A stretch of 64,000 nt of DNA from an uncultured Campylobacter sp. Lineage in GTDB: Bacteria; Campylobacterota; Campylobacteria; Campylobacterales; Campylobacteraceae. Of this stretch, positions 11,124 to 20,792 are shown one piece after another. Within the stretch, counting starts at the first letter, position 1, and every line of letters begins with the position of its first letter. A program made the position numbers and the translations under genes. The stretch covers positions 1,116 to 65,115 of the forward strand of contig CAURUA010000002.1 in NCBI GenBank assembly GCA_963528045.1. The letters run 5' to 3'. The notes under the pieces are model-generated. The model was not told the DNA's origin and made no database searches. It saw only the letters and a program-made list of their open reading frames with translations.

Positions 11124-11614
11124 GGACGATTATACTACCTAAACAGTAAATAGAAATAAAATATATCCTTTTTAGGCGAACTCTTTCGCGCTTAATTTAT
11201 AGCCGTTTTTAAAATTTAATGGCATGCTATGGTGCGCTGTGCGGGCATTTAAATGGGTGTCGAAATGAAACGGAGCCAAAAAGCGATTAAATTTAAAGCG
11301 GACGTTAAAGAGCAAAGATAAAATTAAAGCAGAGTTTTTGGTTATTTTGGCTCAGTATAGACGCTCAAAAGAGCGGAGCAGGGCGCTCTGCCGAGGCAGC
11401 ATAAATAAAATGCTACAAAGAAGCGGCTTAAATTTAATGCCGTCTAGTTATAAATTTAAGCTCGTTTTGCCTAAGTCCAAGGCATCGCGCGCAACGTAGC
11501 ATAAATTTAAACCCTTCACGCGAGCGTTAAACGGCGTAGGCGCGGATTAAAATAGCGCGCGCAAATTTAAATATCGTCGCGCAAAATCCGGCCTGCGTTT
11601 GAAATTTAGCTCGT

Positions 11615-12061
11615 TTAAATTTTAAACGTTTTTAGCAGGCTGCCTAAGCTTAACCCCTTATCTTCGCCGTTTGCGCCGCCTCCTAAAAGATCGCCCAAAA
11701 AGCTACTTGCGTCGTTGATATCGATTTTGCCGTCGCCGTTTACGTCGAGCTTGGCGCTTGCGATTTTGCCGATCAGCGCGCTAAAATCCACGCCTTTGCT
11801 ATCAACGGCGTTTGCTTGTATATCCTCGCCGCCGCCCAAAAGTCCGCCCAGCATCGAGCCTAGCGAGCTGGATCCGCCGCTTTCGTTTTTGCTTAAAAAA
11901 TTTGAGCTGATGCCCGCAATTATCGCATTTATCTGGTCGTCGGGCAGATCCACGCCTAGAAATTTTTCGATAAAAGCGACCGGACCGCTTTGAAATTCTC
12001 TTAAATTTTTATCGTCGCTTTTGAGAGCAGAGACCATATTTACAAGTCCGTTTATATCCAT
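11615..12061 (-). CDS. Hypothetical Gly-rich protein with EF-hand/dockerin-like loop
   Basis: DVNGDGKIDINDA motif; repeated LGGLLGGG segments. Confidence 0.7.
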   Translation of the reverse strand: MDINGLVNMVSALKSDDKNLREFQSGPVAFIEKFLGVDLPDDQINAIIAGISSNFLSKNESGGSSSLGSMLGGLLGGGEDIQANAVDSKGVDFSALIGKIASAKLDVNGDGKIDINDASSFLGDLLGGGANGEDKGLSLGSLLKTFKI

Positions 12062-12064
12062 TTA

Positions 12065-12427
12065 TTACGCCTCCTTGATCTTGGCTTTCGGAGCCTGTTT
12101 TACAATAAGCTCTATTACTTTTAGAGCGTCCGCTTTGGCTTCAAAATCCTTGCTAACGGCGATGATCTGTCCGTTGCTGGCCGTTAGGCGGAAGCGAACC
12201 TTGTCTGCTTTATCGGTGTAAAGCTCAAATTTCGGATTGTTTAGCTTTTCGCCGCCCGCGATTTGATCCTCGATCTTATTTAGCGCGGCGTTTTTTGCGA
12301 CGCTTTCGATGCCGTTTTTGCAAGCGGCCTTGCTCGTGTAAACCTCCGAAGTGCATAGCACATGCCCGTCATAAAGTAGATCGAATTTGCAGCCGTCCTT
12401 GGCGTCTTTGATTAAAAACTCAGCCAT
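12065..12427 (-). CDS. YegP/DUF1508 family protein
   Basis: Two repeats: SEVYTSKAACKNGIESV and FRLTASNGQIIAVS. Confidence 0.85.
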   Translation of the reverse strand: MAEFLIKDAKDGCKFDLLYDGHVLCTSEVYTSKAACKNGIESVAKNAALNKIEDQIAGGEKLNNPKFELYTDKADKVRFRLTASNGQIIAVSKDFEAKADALKVIELIVKQAPKAKIKEA

Positions 12428-12543
12428 TTTTCATCCTTTCGTAAAAGATATCGTTATTTTAGCTAAAATTTTAATAAATATTTTTAATAGGCGCGGAATT
12501 TTCTGCTAAAATTGCGCACAAATTTCATTTACAAAGGATCATA

Positions 12544-13023
12544 ATGATAAAGGCTATACGTTTTAGCTTGATTTTCGCCGCTACTTTAGGATTCGGCGCG
12601 GATGAGAGCGATGCATTATTTAAGGACATAAGGACGCGTCTGGGCTGCAATCTAGCCGCACAGGACTGCGAGACTAACGCGGGCGGGCAGAAGGCGCTCT
12701 TTAGCGTGGCGCGCCATCCGATCGAAGCGGGAGCAAACGAGCTAAGAATAAGCGGAATTTCGCGTGAGCTGAAAAATCCGAGCGTTAAAATTTCGGGCGT
12801 GAGTATGAATATGGGCAATGCGGAATTCCCGCTAAAGCGCAGTGCAGACGGCTATGAAGCGACGCTTGACGTTGCAGTATGCACGCACGCCGTAATGCGC
12901 TACAAACTTGAAATTTACGAGGATGGCGAGCCTAGCGGGCTTTTTGTGTATTTTGATCTACGAAAGCGCGCTACAGATCGAGACCGCGGCGAAGATATCC
13001 ACTTGCATCACCACGAGCATTAG
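12544..13023 (+). CDS. Exported hypothetical protein (YtkA/FixH-like, possible metal binding)
   Basis: Signal peptide, GVSMNMG, three Cys, His-rich tail HLHHHEH. Confidence 0.65.
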   Translation: MIKAIRFSLIFAATLGFGADESDALFKDIRTRLGCNLAAQDCETNAGGQKALFSVARHPIEAGANELRISGISRELKNPSVKISGVSMNMGNAEFPLKRSADGYEATLDVAVCTHAVMRYKLEIYEDGEPSGLFVYFDLRKRATDRDRGEDIHLHHHEH

Positions 13024-13446
13024 ACGCGCCCCGTTTGTGCGCGGGGTAAAATTTACGCTTCTTTGAGACGTCTGCTAAAATTTACATGCTGCTCGGAGAA
13101 AATTTTATAAATTTTAAAGCGCCGCTCGCGATAAATTTTTATTCGGCTTTCAAGTGGTGCCTATCGTGGGCAGATACGGGTGCCTAAACGAATACGCGAA
13201 TAGCCGTAGTGATCTAGGCGCGCTTCATTAGGGCGTTTACAAAAATGCCTTTATAAGCGCGCGGCTATTTGCCGCGCATTCGCCGCATGTGTTTCGTAAC
13301 CGCTACCGCAGCACATCAAATTTAGCCCCTCGCCGCCTTTAAATTTTAAAATTTTTAAAATTCGCTTGCGTTTCATACACCCAAGCTACGCGGAATTTTG
13401 AAATTCCTTGTATAATCTGAAATAAATTTTAAATCTAAGGAAAGCC

Positions 13447-14289
13447 ATGCAAATATTAAGACAAAAGCACTTTAGCGGCGAGCGCGCGCTGTTCGGCGCA
13501 AAAGATCTGCGGATCGAAAATTCCGTCTTCGGCGAGGGTGAGTCACCGCTAAAACACAGCGCAAATATCGTCGCGCAAAACTGTAAATTTGAGTGGAAAT
13601 ATCCGTTTTGGTATGCTGAAAATATCCGCGCGCAGGACTGCTTATTCGACGAGGTCGCGCGCGCAGGGATCTGGTATAGCCGCGGTGTGGTACTAAAAGA
13701 CTGCCTCTACGGCGCGCCCAAGGGGCTTCGCCGCGTAAAAGACGCCGCGTTGCAAAACGTAGAATTTCATGATGCGCAAGAGACCTTGTGGCACTGCAGC
13801 GACGTCACGCTAAAAAATGTCACCGCAAAGGGCGCGTATTTCGGGCTTGATTGCGAAAACTTAAGCATAGAAAATCTATCGCTCTTCGGGGATTACTGCT
13901 TCGACGGCTGCAGAAACGTAACGATCAAAAACTCCAAACTCCTATCCAAGGACGCGTTTTGGAACTGCGAAAATATCGTGGTCGAGGACTGCTTCATCGC
14001 GGGCGAATACTTCGGCTGGAATTCCAAAAATGTAACGCTGCGAAACTGCAAGATAGAGAGCCTGCAGGGCTTTTGCTATATGCAAAACCTGCGCTTGCAA
14101 GACTGCGAGCTTATAAATACGACGCTAGCGTTTGAATACAGCGATGTCCGTGCCGAGATAAAAGGTGCGATCGATAGCGTCAAAAATCCAAGCAGCGGGC
14201 TAATCCGCGCAGCAAGCATCGGCGAGCTGATCCTAGACGGCGCAACGGACGCGTCTAAAACTGAAATCATTACTGAATTAAGGGCGTAA
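13447..14289 (+). CDS. DUF3737 beta-helix protein
   Basis: GERALF, GESPLK, WKYPFW, SKDAFW, GEYFGW, IDSVKNP motifs. Confidence 0.88.
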   Translation: MQILRQKHFSGERALFGAKDLRIENSVFGEGESPLKHSANIVAQNCKFEWKYPFWYAENIRAQDCLFDEVARAGIWYSRGVVLKDCLYGAPKGLRRVKDAALQNVEFHDAQETLWHCSDVTLKNVTAKGAYFGLDCENLSIENLSLFGDYCFDGCRNVTIKNSKLLSKDAFWNCENIVVEDCFIAGEYFGWNSKNVTLRNCKIESLQGFCYMQNLRLQDCELINTTLAFEYSDVRAEIKGAIDSVKNPSSGLIRAASIGELILDGATDASKTEIITELRA

Positions 14290-14290
14290 G

Positions 14291-15484
14291 ATGGGACTTT
14301 TTGATTTTATAAGCGGCAAGGAGAAATATGATTTCGACACTCTGCCAAACCGCCGCGGCACGAAGTCGCTTAAATGGGACGTAGGCGAGAACGAGCTTCC
14401 GATGTGGGTCGCGGATATGGACTTTGCCGTAGCGCCCGAGATCATCGAGGCTCTGCAAAAGCGGCTAAATGAGCGAGTTTTGGGCTATTCGATTATCGAT
14501 GATGAGTGGCGCAGCGCGTATCAAGGCTGGTGGCTTGCACGTCACGATTATGAAATCCAAAAGGAGTGGCTGATCTATGCCGGCGGCACGCTGCCTGCGA
14601 TTGATTCGATCATCCGCAAGCTCACTTCGCCCGCCGAAAACGTTCTACTGATGAGCCCCGTTTATAACTGCTTTTACTACTGCATCAAAAACGCCGCCCG
14701 CGTGCCGTTGCAAAACGAGCTTGCCTACGCCGGCGGCGATTATAGCGTCGATTGGGCGGATCTACAGGCTAAGCTAGCCGATCCGCAGACGACGCTTTTT
14801 ATCCTTTGCAACCCGCACAATCCGGTCGGTCGCACCTTTAGCAGGGACGATCTTGCCCGCATTGGCGAGCTGTGTGAGAAGCACGGCGTGACGGTGCTTA
14901 GCGATGAAGTGCATTGCGATCTGACCGAGCCGGGCGTGCGTTACACGCCATTTGCTGCGGCAAGTAAAATTTGCGAGAGGATCTCGGCCAGCATAATCGC
15001 GCCAACCAAGGCGTTTAACATCGCGGGGCTGCAAAGCGCGGCGGTCTTTGCCGCGGATAAGCGCTTGCGTCATAAAATTTCGAAGGCGCTAAATTCCGAC
15101 GACATCGCCGAGCCGAATTTTTTTGGCGTCCAGGGCGCGATCGCTGCATTTACTAAGGGTGCGCCGTGGTTGGACGCGCTGCGCGAATACCTCAGCGAAA
15201 ATCGTAAATTCGCGGCGGAATTTATCGCGCGTGAGCTTCCACAGGTGCATGTCGTGCCGCAAGACGCGACCTATCTGATGTGGCTCGACGCGGGCGCTTA
15301 CACGCAGGATAGCACGGAGCTTGCGCGCTTCATCCGCGAAAAAACGGGGCTGTATCTCTCCTGCGGCGCGCAATACGGCAAGGGCGGCGAGAAATTTTTG
15401 CGCCTAAATATCGCGACCTCTAGGGCGCTGCTAAAAGACGGGCTAGGGCGGCTGAAAGAGGCGCTAAAGATTTGCCCGCATTAA
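14291..15484 (+). CDS. MalY/PatB-family PLP-dependent C-S lyase
   Basis: LPMWVADMDF, LCNPHNPVG, SDEVHCD, PTKAFNIAG, ATYLMWLD. Confidence 0.92.
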   Translation: MGLFDFISGKEKYDFDTLPNRRGTKSLKWDVGENELPMWVADMDFAVAPEIIEALQKRLNERVLGYSIIDDEWRSAYQGWWLARHDYEIQKEWLIYAGGTLPAIDSIIRKLTSPAENVLLMSPVYNCFYYCIKNAARVPLQNELAYAGGDYSVDWADLQAKLADPQTTLFILCNPHNPVGRTFSRDDLARIGELCEKHGVTVLSDEVHCDLTEPGVRYTPFAAASKICERISASIIAPTKAFNIAGLQSAAVFAADKRLRHKISKALNSDDIAEPNFFGVQGAIAAFTKGAPWLDALREYLSENRKFAAEFIARELPQVHVVPQDATYLMWLDAGAYTQDSTELARFIREKTGLYLSCGAQYGKGGEKFLRLNIATSRALLKDGLGRLKEALKICPH

Positions 15485-15661
15485 ACGAACTGCGGCGCGG
15501 CAAGGACGAAATTTAAAATTTTACAGCGGCCAAATTTAAAGCAGCGGAGTAAATTTTAAAATTTTGCGGCAGAGCGCGAGTTTTGCGCTAAATTTAGCGA
15601 CGATCAGGCGGCGGCGTGCGAGCGTTTCAATTTAGCGCGCGACAAATAAACCGGCGCTTAA

Positions 15662-17071
15662 ATGCGTTACAAAAGGCGGATTATGGATAGAAACGGCGAT
15701 CTGGAGGAGCTTTACCTGCTTGAAAAACGGCGCGAAAAGCTCGCACGCATTAGCAAGCTCGTCTCATTTTTGATAACCCTGTTGCTAGTCGGGCTCTATG
15801 TATTTTTGAATACCAGGGCAGAGCCCGTCTCGTTTGATACAAACTGGCTCGTAGTCGCGCTTTTCATCATCTTCCCGGTTTTAAACGGACTGCTTTACCG
15901 TCTATTTTGCAGCTTGAGCTCTAGCAAAAACGAGGGCGCGCAGCGCGCAAATTTTGATAAATTTAGCGGCTTTGATACGGCGCAAGACAGCAGGGGTGCG
16001 CTAGGGCAGGGCGCGGCGCAAGATGGTCAAATTTTAAGCGCTGATGCGAAAGAGAGGCAGGTATTAAAAGCCGAAGCGGGCGAGGGTAGAGGCTTTAAAG
16101 ACAGCAATAGCCGCATGAGCGCTATTTACGGGAGGTTTGAGCCCAAAGCCGCCGAAGAAGAGGGCGGGAGCGAAAAAGACGGAGTAGTCGGGTCAAAATT
16201 TAACTTTCTAGCCGATCTACAGAGCCTAGAGGATGAGCGCGCGGCGCTGCAAAAAGCGGTGAAAAAGGCCGGTCTAATCGCCGCTGCCGTAGGGACCGGC
16301 GTGGGCGCGCTGGTGGCGCGCTTTTGGGACGAAGCGGCGGCCGGCGTATTTTTCGGCATCTCCGTTTACGGCGTCGTGAGCGCTCTTTTGACGGCGAGTA
16401 AAAGACGGAATTTCAGATCAAATTTTAAAAGCAGGATCGTCGCGAGCATCGCAAAAAGCTTCGGACTTAGCTACGATGAAAGTGACGGGCTGGGGACGGA
16501 CAAGTTTTTTGAAATTTACGACTGCTACATAAACGAGCAATCGAGCGAGGATATGATGAGCGGGGAAGTGCAGGGCGTGCGCGTTAGATTTAGCGACTTT
16601 TATGCTGCCGAAAAGGTGCGCACCAAAAACGGCACTCGCACCGACGTAAAATTCCACGGAGTGCTTTTCGTCGCGGATTTTCACAAAAGGCTTAACTGCG
16701 AGGTGCGGGTGTGCCACAAAAACTCGCGAAATCTGCGCAAATACGGGCAGCGAGCGAATATGGACGACGTGAAATTTGAGGAATTTTTCGACGTCTATAC
16801 GACCGATCAGGTAGGCGCGAGATACGCCCTAACGCCGCTTTTGATGCAGCGACTGACGGAGGTTTATCTAAGACTGGGCTCGCAGATAAACGCGGTGCTA
16901 AGGGAGGATAAAATTTACGTGGCGATCGAGACCTGGCGCGATAATTTCGAGCCTAGAATCGACTGCTCGCTAAAGCAGGATGCCACGATAGCGCTTTACG
17001 TAGATGAGATCGGCGCGCTTGTGGGTATCGTGAGCGAGCTAAATTTGAACCGCAAAATTTGGAGCGAATGA
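15662..17071 (+). CDS. DUF3137-domain membrane protein with N-terminal extension
   Basis: TM helices; EDMMSG, FHGVLFVADFHK, FEEFFDVYTTDQVGARYALTPLLMQRL, LNLNRKIW. Confidence 0.8.
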   Translation: MRYKRRIMDRNGDLEELYLLEKRREKLARISKLVSFLITLLLVGLYVFLNTRAEPVSFDTNWLVVALFIIFPVLNGLLYRLFCSLSSSKNEGAQRANFDKFSGFDTAQDSRGALGQGAAQDGQILSADAKERQVLKAEAGEGRGFKDSNSRMSAIYGRFEPKAAEEEGGSEKDGVVGSKFNFLADLQSLEDERAALQKAVKKAGLIAAAVGTGVGALVARFWDEAAAGVFFGISVYGVVSALLTASKRRNFRSNFKSRIVASIAKSFGLSYDESDGLGTDKFFEIYDCYINEQSSEDMMSGEVQGVRVRFSDFYAAEKVRTKNGTRTDVKFHGVLFVADFHKRLNCEVRVCHKNSRNLRKYGQRANMDDVKFEEFFDVYTTDQVGARYALTPLLMQRLTEVYLRLGSQINAVLREDKIYVAIETWRDNFEPRIDCSLKQDATIALYVDEIGALVGIVSELNLNRKIWSE

Positions 17072-17695
17072 GGCGGGCGGCGGCGCGGTGGAGTATGGCG
17101 GAGGCGGCGGGCTGCATACGGCTCTGGCGATACACAGATATGTAGACAAAGTGCGCGGGATCGTAGGTTTAGCGGCACAGATGCGCTGTATAGCTGAGCG
17201 TGGAAATGGATGCGTTGCGCGGATTGTGCGTTTAGGTGGACATGTGATCGCTCCTTCGCGCGAGCCAATCGAAAGATAGAATGCACGCGGGAGGCGTTCG
17301 TATAAGATTTTGCAGGCTGCATGAGCCGCTAAATTTTTAAATTCCCGATCCGTTTAGCGAGCGGGCACTTGCGATTTACCATCGTTCGTGCGGCATAAAT
17401 TTTACCGCACGAGCAGTTTGCATTAGAATTCTACTATCACTTGAAATTTTACGCCGCCGTGCGCGACTTAAATTTTGCCGCGACGATCCGCGCTAAGCTG
17501 CATTTTGGCTCAGCTAAATTTGTCGTGCGGAAGCAAAACTTTGCCGCTAGATCGATAAATTTAGCTAGCTTATAAAAGTGCTCGCCTCCTATGAGCGTTT
17601 ATAGACGCCGTTTCTGTAAAGCTACAACGCCTCGTCGCTGCGAGCTTGCGGGGCTTAGTAAAATCGCTCCGCTAAGCTAGACGGCGAATCTAAAT

Positions 17696-18556
17696 TTATA
17701 ACTTCCCGCCCTCGATTACGACATCATCAGCCTTGATGTCGTCGCCGTAAATGGGCGCTAGCGTCGCATCGTAGTCGGCGTGGAAAAATTTCTCGTCCGC
17801 GAGTTTTACGATTAGATCGTCAAGCCATTTGCGAAGCTCGTCGTTACCCTTTTTGACCGCAGGCGCGATGACGTCCTGATCGCCCAGCGAGCGGATACCT
17901 ACCTTAAAGCCCGGGTTTGACTTAGTCCATGCGAATAAAAGCGTATTATCATGCGCGATCGCATCGCCCCTGCCGTCCAGCATCGCACCGAAAGTCTCGG
18001 TATTTTGGTCAAATTTTAAAAGCTTGATCTCGGGATGGTTTTTCGTAAAATACAGATCCGCGGTTGTGCCTTTGTTGATTAAAAGCGTTTTGTCTTTAAG
18101 CTGCGAAATGTCAGTGATATCGCCATTCGGGCTTGCAACGCCGAGGGCTACCTTCATATACGGCAGTGCGAAATCCACGACCTCTTTGCGCTCCGGCGTG
18201 ACGGTAAAATTTGCAAGCGTGATGTCGACCTTATCCGACGCCAAAAATTCTGCGCGATTGGCGGCCTCTACGAGCACGAACTGAACCTTGCTCTCATCGC
18301 CTAAAAGCTCTTTTGCGATACGTTTTGCAAAATACACGTCATATCCCGCGTTTTTACCCGTCTCGTCGATATAACCAAACGGCGGCTTGTCGCCGAAAAC
18401 CGCGATCCTTACTACGCCGCGCTTTTTAATCCCGTCGATATAACTTTGCGGCGTGGCGGAACCTTGCGCGGAATTTGAAGAGCCTTTGCCCTCGTCGTTG
18501 CAGCCTGCGAAAAATAACGCACCTAAGATAAAAAACGTGCTTAGCGTTTTTTTCAT
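17696..18556 (-). CDS. Amino-acid (cysteine-type, CjaA-like) ABC substrate-binding lipoprotein
   Basis: Lipobox FAGC; VFGDKPPFGY, KVDITLANFTVTPER, KGTTAD. Confidence 0.9.
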   Translation of the reverse strand: MKKTLSTFFILGALFFAGCNDEGKGSSNSAQGSATPQSYIDGIKKRGVVRIAVFGDKPPFGYIDETGKNAGYDVYFAKRIAKELLGDESKVQFVLVEAANRAEFLASDKVDITLANFTVTPERKEVVDFALPYMKVALGVASPNGDITDISQLKDKTLLINKGTTADLYFTKNHPEIKLLKFDQNTETFGAMLDGRGDAIAHDNTLLFAWTKSNPGFKVGIRSLGDQDVIAPAVKKGNDELRKWLDDLIVKLADEKFFHADYDATLAPIYGDDIKADDVVIEGGKL

Positions 18557-18576
18557 CTTTTCTCCTTTATTAAAAT

Positions 18577-19314
18577 TTATTTTTTAAATTCGAACATATT
18601 TAGAAATTTCTTCGCACGCTCGCTCTTCGGAGCGGTAAAGAACGCCTCCGGCTCGTTAATCTCGACGATGCTTCCATCGTCCATAAAAACTATGCGATCG
18701 GCTACGGCGCGCGCAAAGCCCATCTCGTGCGTTACGATTAGCATCGTCTGCCCCTCTTTGGCGAGATTTAGCATTACGTCGAGCACCTCGCGCACAATCT
18801 CGGGATCAAGTGCCGCGGTAACCTCGTCAAAAAGCATGATCTTGGGCTTCATCGCAAGGCTTCGTACGATTGCGATACGCTGCTTTTGCCCGCCGCTAAG
18901 CTCTTTGGGGTAGGAGTTCTCCTTATCCGCAAGACCTACGATCTTTAGCCATTCGCGTGCTAGAGTTATCGCTTCCTCTTTCGGGACGTTTTGTACCTTC
19001 ATCGGGCCTAAGATTATGTTGTGCAGCACATTTAAGTGATCGAAAAGTTCGTAGCTTTGAAAGACCATACCGATCTTTTGTCTGATCCTACGCCACTCTT
19101 TGAAATTTTGATCGATCCGCTCGCCCTCGATTATAAAATTTCCGCTTTGTACCGGCTCTAACCCGTTGATCGTGCGAAGTAGGGTGCTTTTGCCGCAGCC
19201 GCTGGGGCCCAGGATCACTACGACTTCGCCCTGCGCGACGCTAAGACTGACGTCTTTTAACGCGTGCAGCTCGCCGTAAAATTTATTAACTTTGTCGATT
19301 TTTAGAATTTCCAT
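18577..19314 (-). CDS. Amino-acid ABC transporter ATP-binding protein
   Basis: GPSGCGKST, LSGGQKQR, LFDEVTAALDPE; ATGA overlap with the permease gene. Confidence 0.95.
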   Translation of the reverse strand: MEILKIDKVNKFYGELHALKDVSLSVAQGEVVVILGPSGCGKSTLLRTINGLEPVQSGNFIIEGERIDQNFKEWRRIRQKIGMVFQSYELFDHLNVLHNIILGPMKVQNVPKEEAITLAREWLKIVGLADKENSYPKELSGGQKQRIAIVRSLAMKPKIMLFDEVTAALDPEIVREVLDVMLNLAKEGQTMLIVTHEMGFARAVADRIVFMDDGSIVEINEPEAFFTAPKSERAKKFLNMFEFKK

Positions 19315-19970
19315 CAGTTCCACCTGTTTTCTAGTTTTTTCGAAAGCGCCGAGATCGGGTAGCAGATCAAAAAATATACGAAAAATATCGCTCCGTAGAT
19401 GATTAGCGGCGCGTAATTGTCGCGGAAGACATTCACTTCGATTATCTGCTGTCCGACCTTGACGAGCTCGATGACGCCGATGAGTACGGCGATCGAGGTT
19501 GTTTTTATCATCCTGCTGAATAAATTTATCGTTGCGGGCACTAGGCGCCTCATTGCAAGCGGCAGGATCACGTAGAGATAAATTTGCGATCTGCTAAATG
19601 CGAGCGCTTCGGCGCTTTCGAACTGATGCTTGGGTATGCTAAGCACGGCGCCGCGCACCAGATCCATCATCTCAAAAACGCCCCAGACGCTAAAGACGAT
19701 GATCGAAGCCGCGATATTTGAGATGTGGATGCCAAATGCCTTGCTCGCGCCGAAATATACGATAAATAGCCAAACGATAGGCGGCATGATGCGCACGATC
19801 TCTAGGCAAATTTTAAGCGGGATGTATAAGGCTCTGCGCCCGGAGGCCATTAAAATTCCAAGTACCAAGCCTAGAGCGAGCGAAACCGCGATCGAAATGA
19901 GCGCGATTTGCAGCGTGATCCCGAGCCCGCCAAGAAGCCTGATTAAATTTTCGCCGCTTAAGAGTTCCAT
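19314..19970 (-). CDS. Amino-acid ABC permease
   Basis: TM helices; EAA-like loop RGAVLSIPKHQFESAEAL. Confidence 0.92.
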   Translation of the reverse strand: MELLSGENLIRLLGGLGITLQIALISIAVSLALGLVLGILMASGRRALYIPLKICLEIVRIMPPIVWLFIVYFGASKAFGIHISNIAASIIVFSVWGVFEMMDLVRGAVLSIPKHQFESAEALAFSRSQIYLYVILPLAMRRLVPATINLFSRMIKTTSIAVLIGVIELVKVGQQIIEVNVFRDNYAPLIIYGAIFFVYFLICYPISALSKKLENRWN

Positions 19971-19972
19971 CG

Positions 19973-20626
19973 CTAGCCTCTCATATACGCAAGGCGCTTT
20001 TCAAGCAGCGTAAGCGCTAGCGAAAGCGGCAGGATTATGATCAGATACGAAACGCTTAACATAAACAGCGCCTCGTTCGTCTTGTAATACAGCCCGATCA
20101 CGTCCTTTGCGGCATAAACGAGATCGGCGAGCGCTACGATGCTAACGATCGAGGTTTCTTTAAGCAGAAAGATTATGTTTGCGCTGATAGAGGGCAGGGC
20201 GATCGCAAAGGCGCGCGGCAGCACGACGTAAAAGACTATCTGTGCTTCGCTAAGACCTAGGCTCATCGCACTTTCGATCTGGGATTTTTTTATCGCCTCA
20301 AAACCGAGCCTAAAGCTCTCGCTCATATAGCTTCCGCCCAAAAACGCAAGCCCCACGATCGCGCAGGTAAAGCCTGAAATTTGAACGCCCAGCTTCGGCA
20401 GGCCGTAGTATAGAAAAAATAGCTGAATTAAAAGCGGAGTATTGCGCGATAGCTCGATATATGCGCTCACGAGCGGGCTTAACAGCGGCAATCTTTTATA
20501 TTTTATCAGCGTGCAGATAAAACCGATGATGATGGATAGTAAAATCCCGTAAAATGCGAGCTTTAGCGTTAAAATTCCCGCCTTTACGAACATCGGGCTA
20601 AATTTAGCTATAAAATCAAAATCCAT
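19973..20626 (-). CDS. Amino-acid ABC permease
   Basis: RNTPLLIQLFFLYYGLP, SESFRLG, LLKETSIVS. Confidence 0.92.
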   Translation of the reverse strand: MDFDFIAKFSPMFVKAGILTLKLAFYGILLSIIIGFICTLIKYKRLPLLSPLVSAYIELSRNTPLLIQLFFLYYGLPKLGVQISGFTCAIVGLAFLGGSYMSESFRLGFEAIKKSQIESAMSLGLSEAQIVFYVVLPRAFAIALPSISANIIFLLKETSIVSIVALADLVYAAKDVIGLYYKTNEALFMLSVSYLIIILPLSLALTLLEKRLAYMRG

Positions 20627-20792
20627 AAAATCTTCTTTCCGTAAAATATGCGTATTATACAGATAACTGATTAAAATAGTATTAAATTAGAATTTTTTTA
20701 TAAAAATTCCGAAAATTTAGGAGTTTAAAAATATATCTTATAAATATATTTAGTCCGAGCAGATACCCGGACTATAGAATTTTGACGGAATT

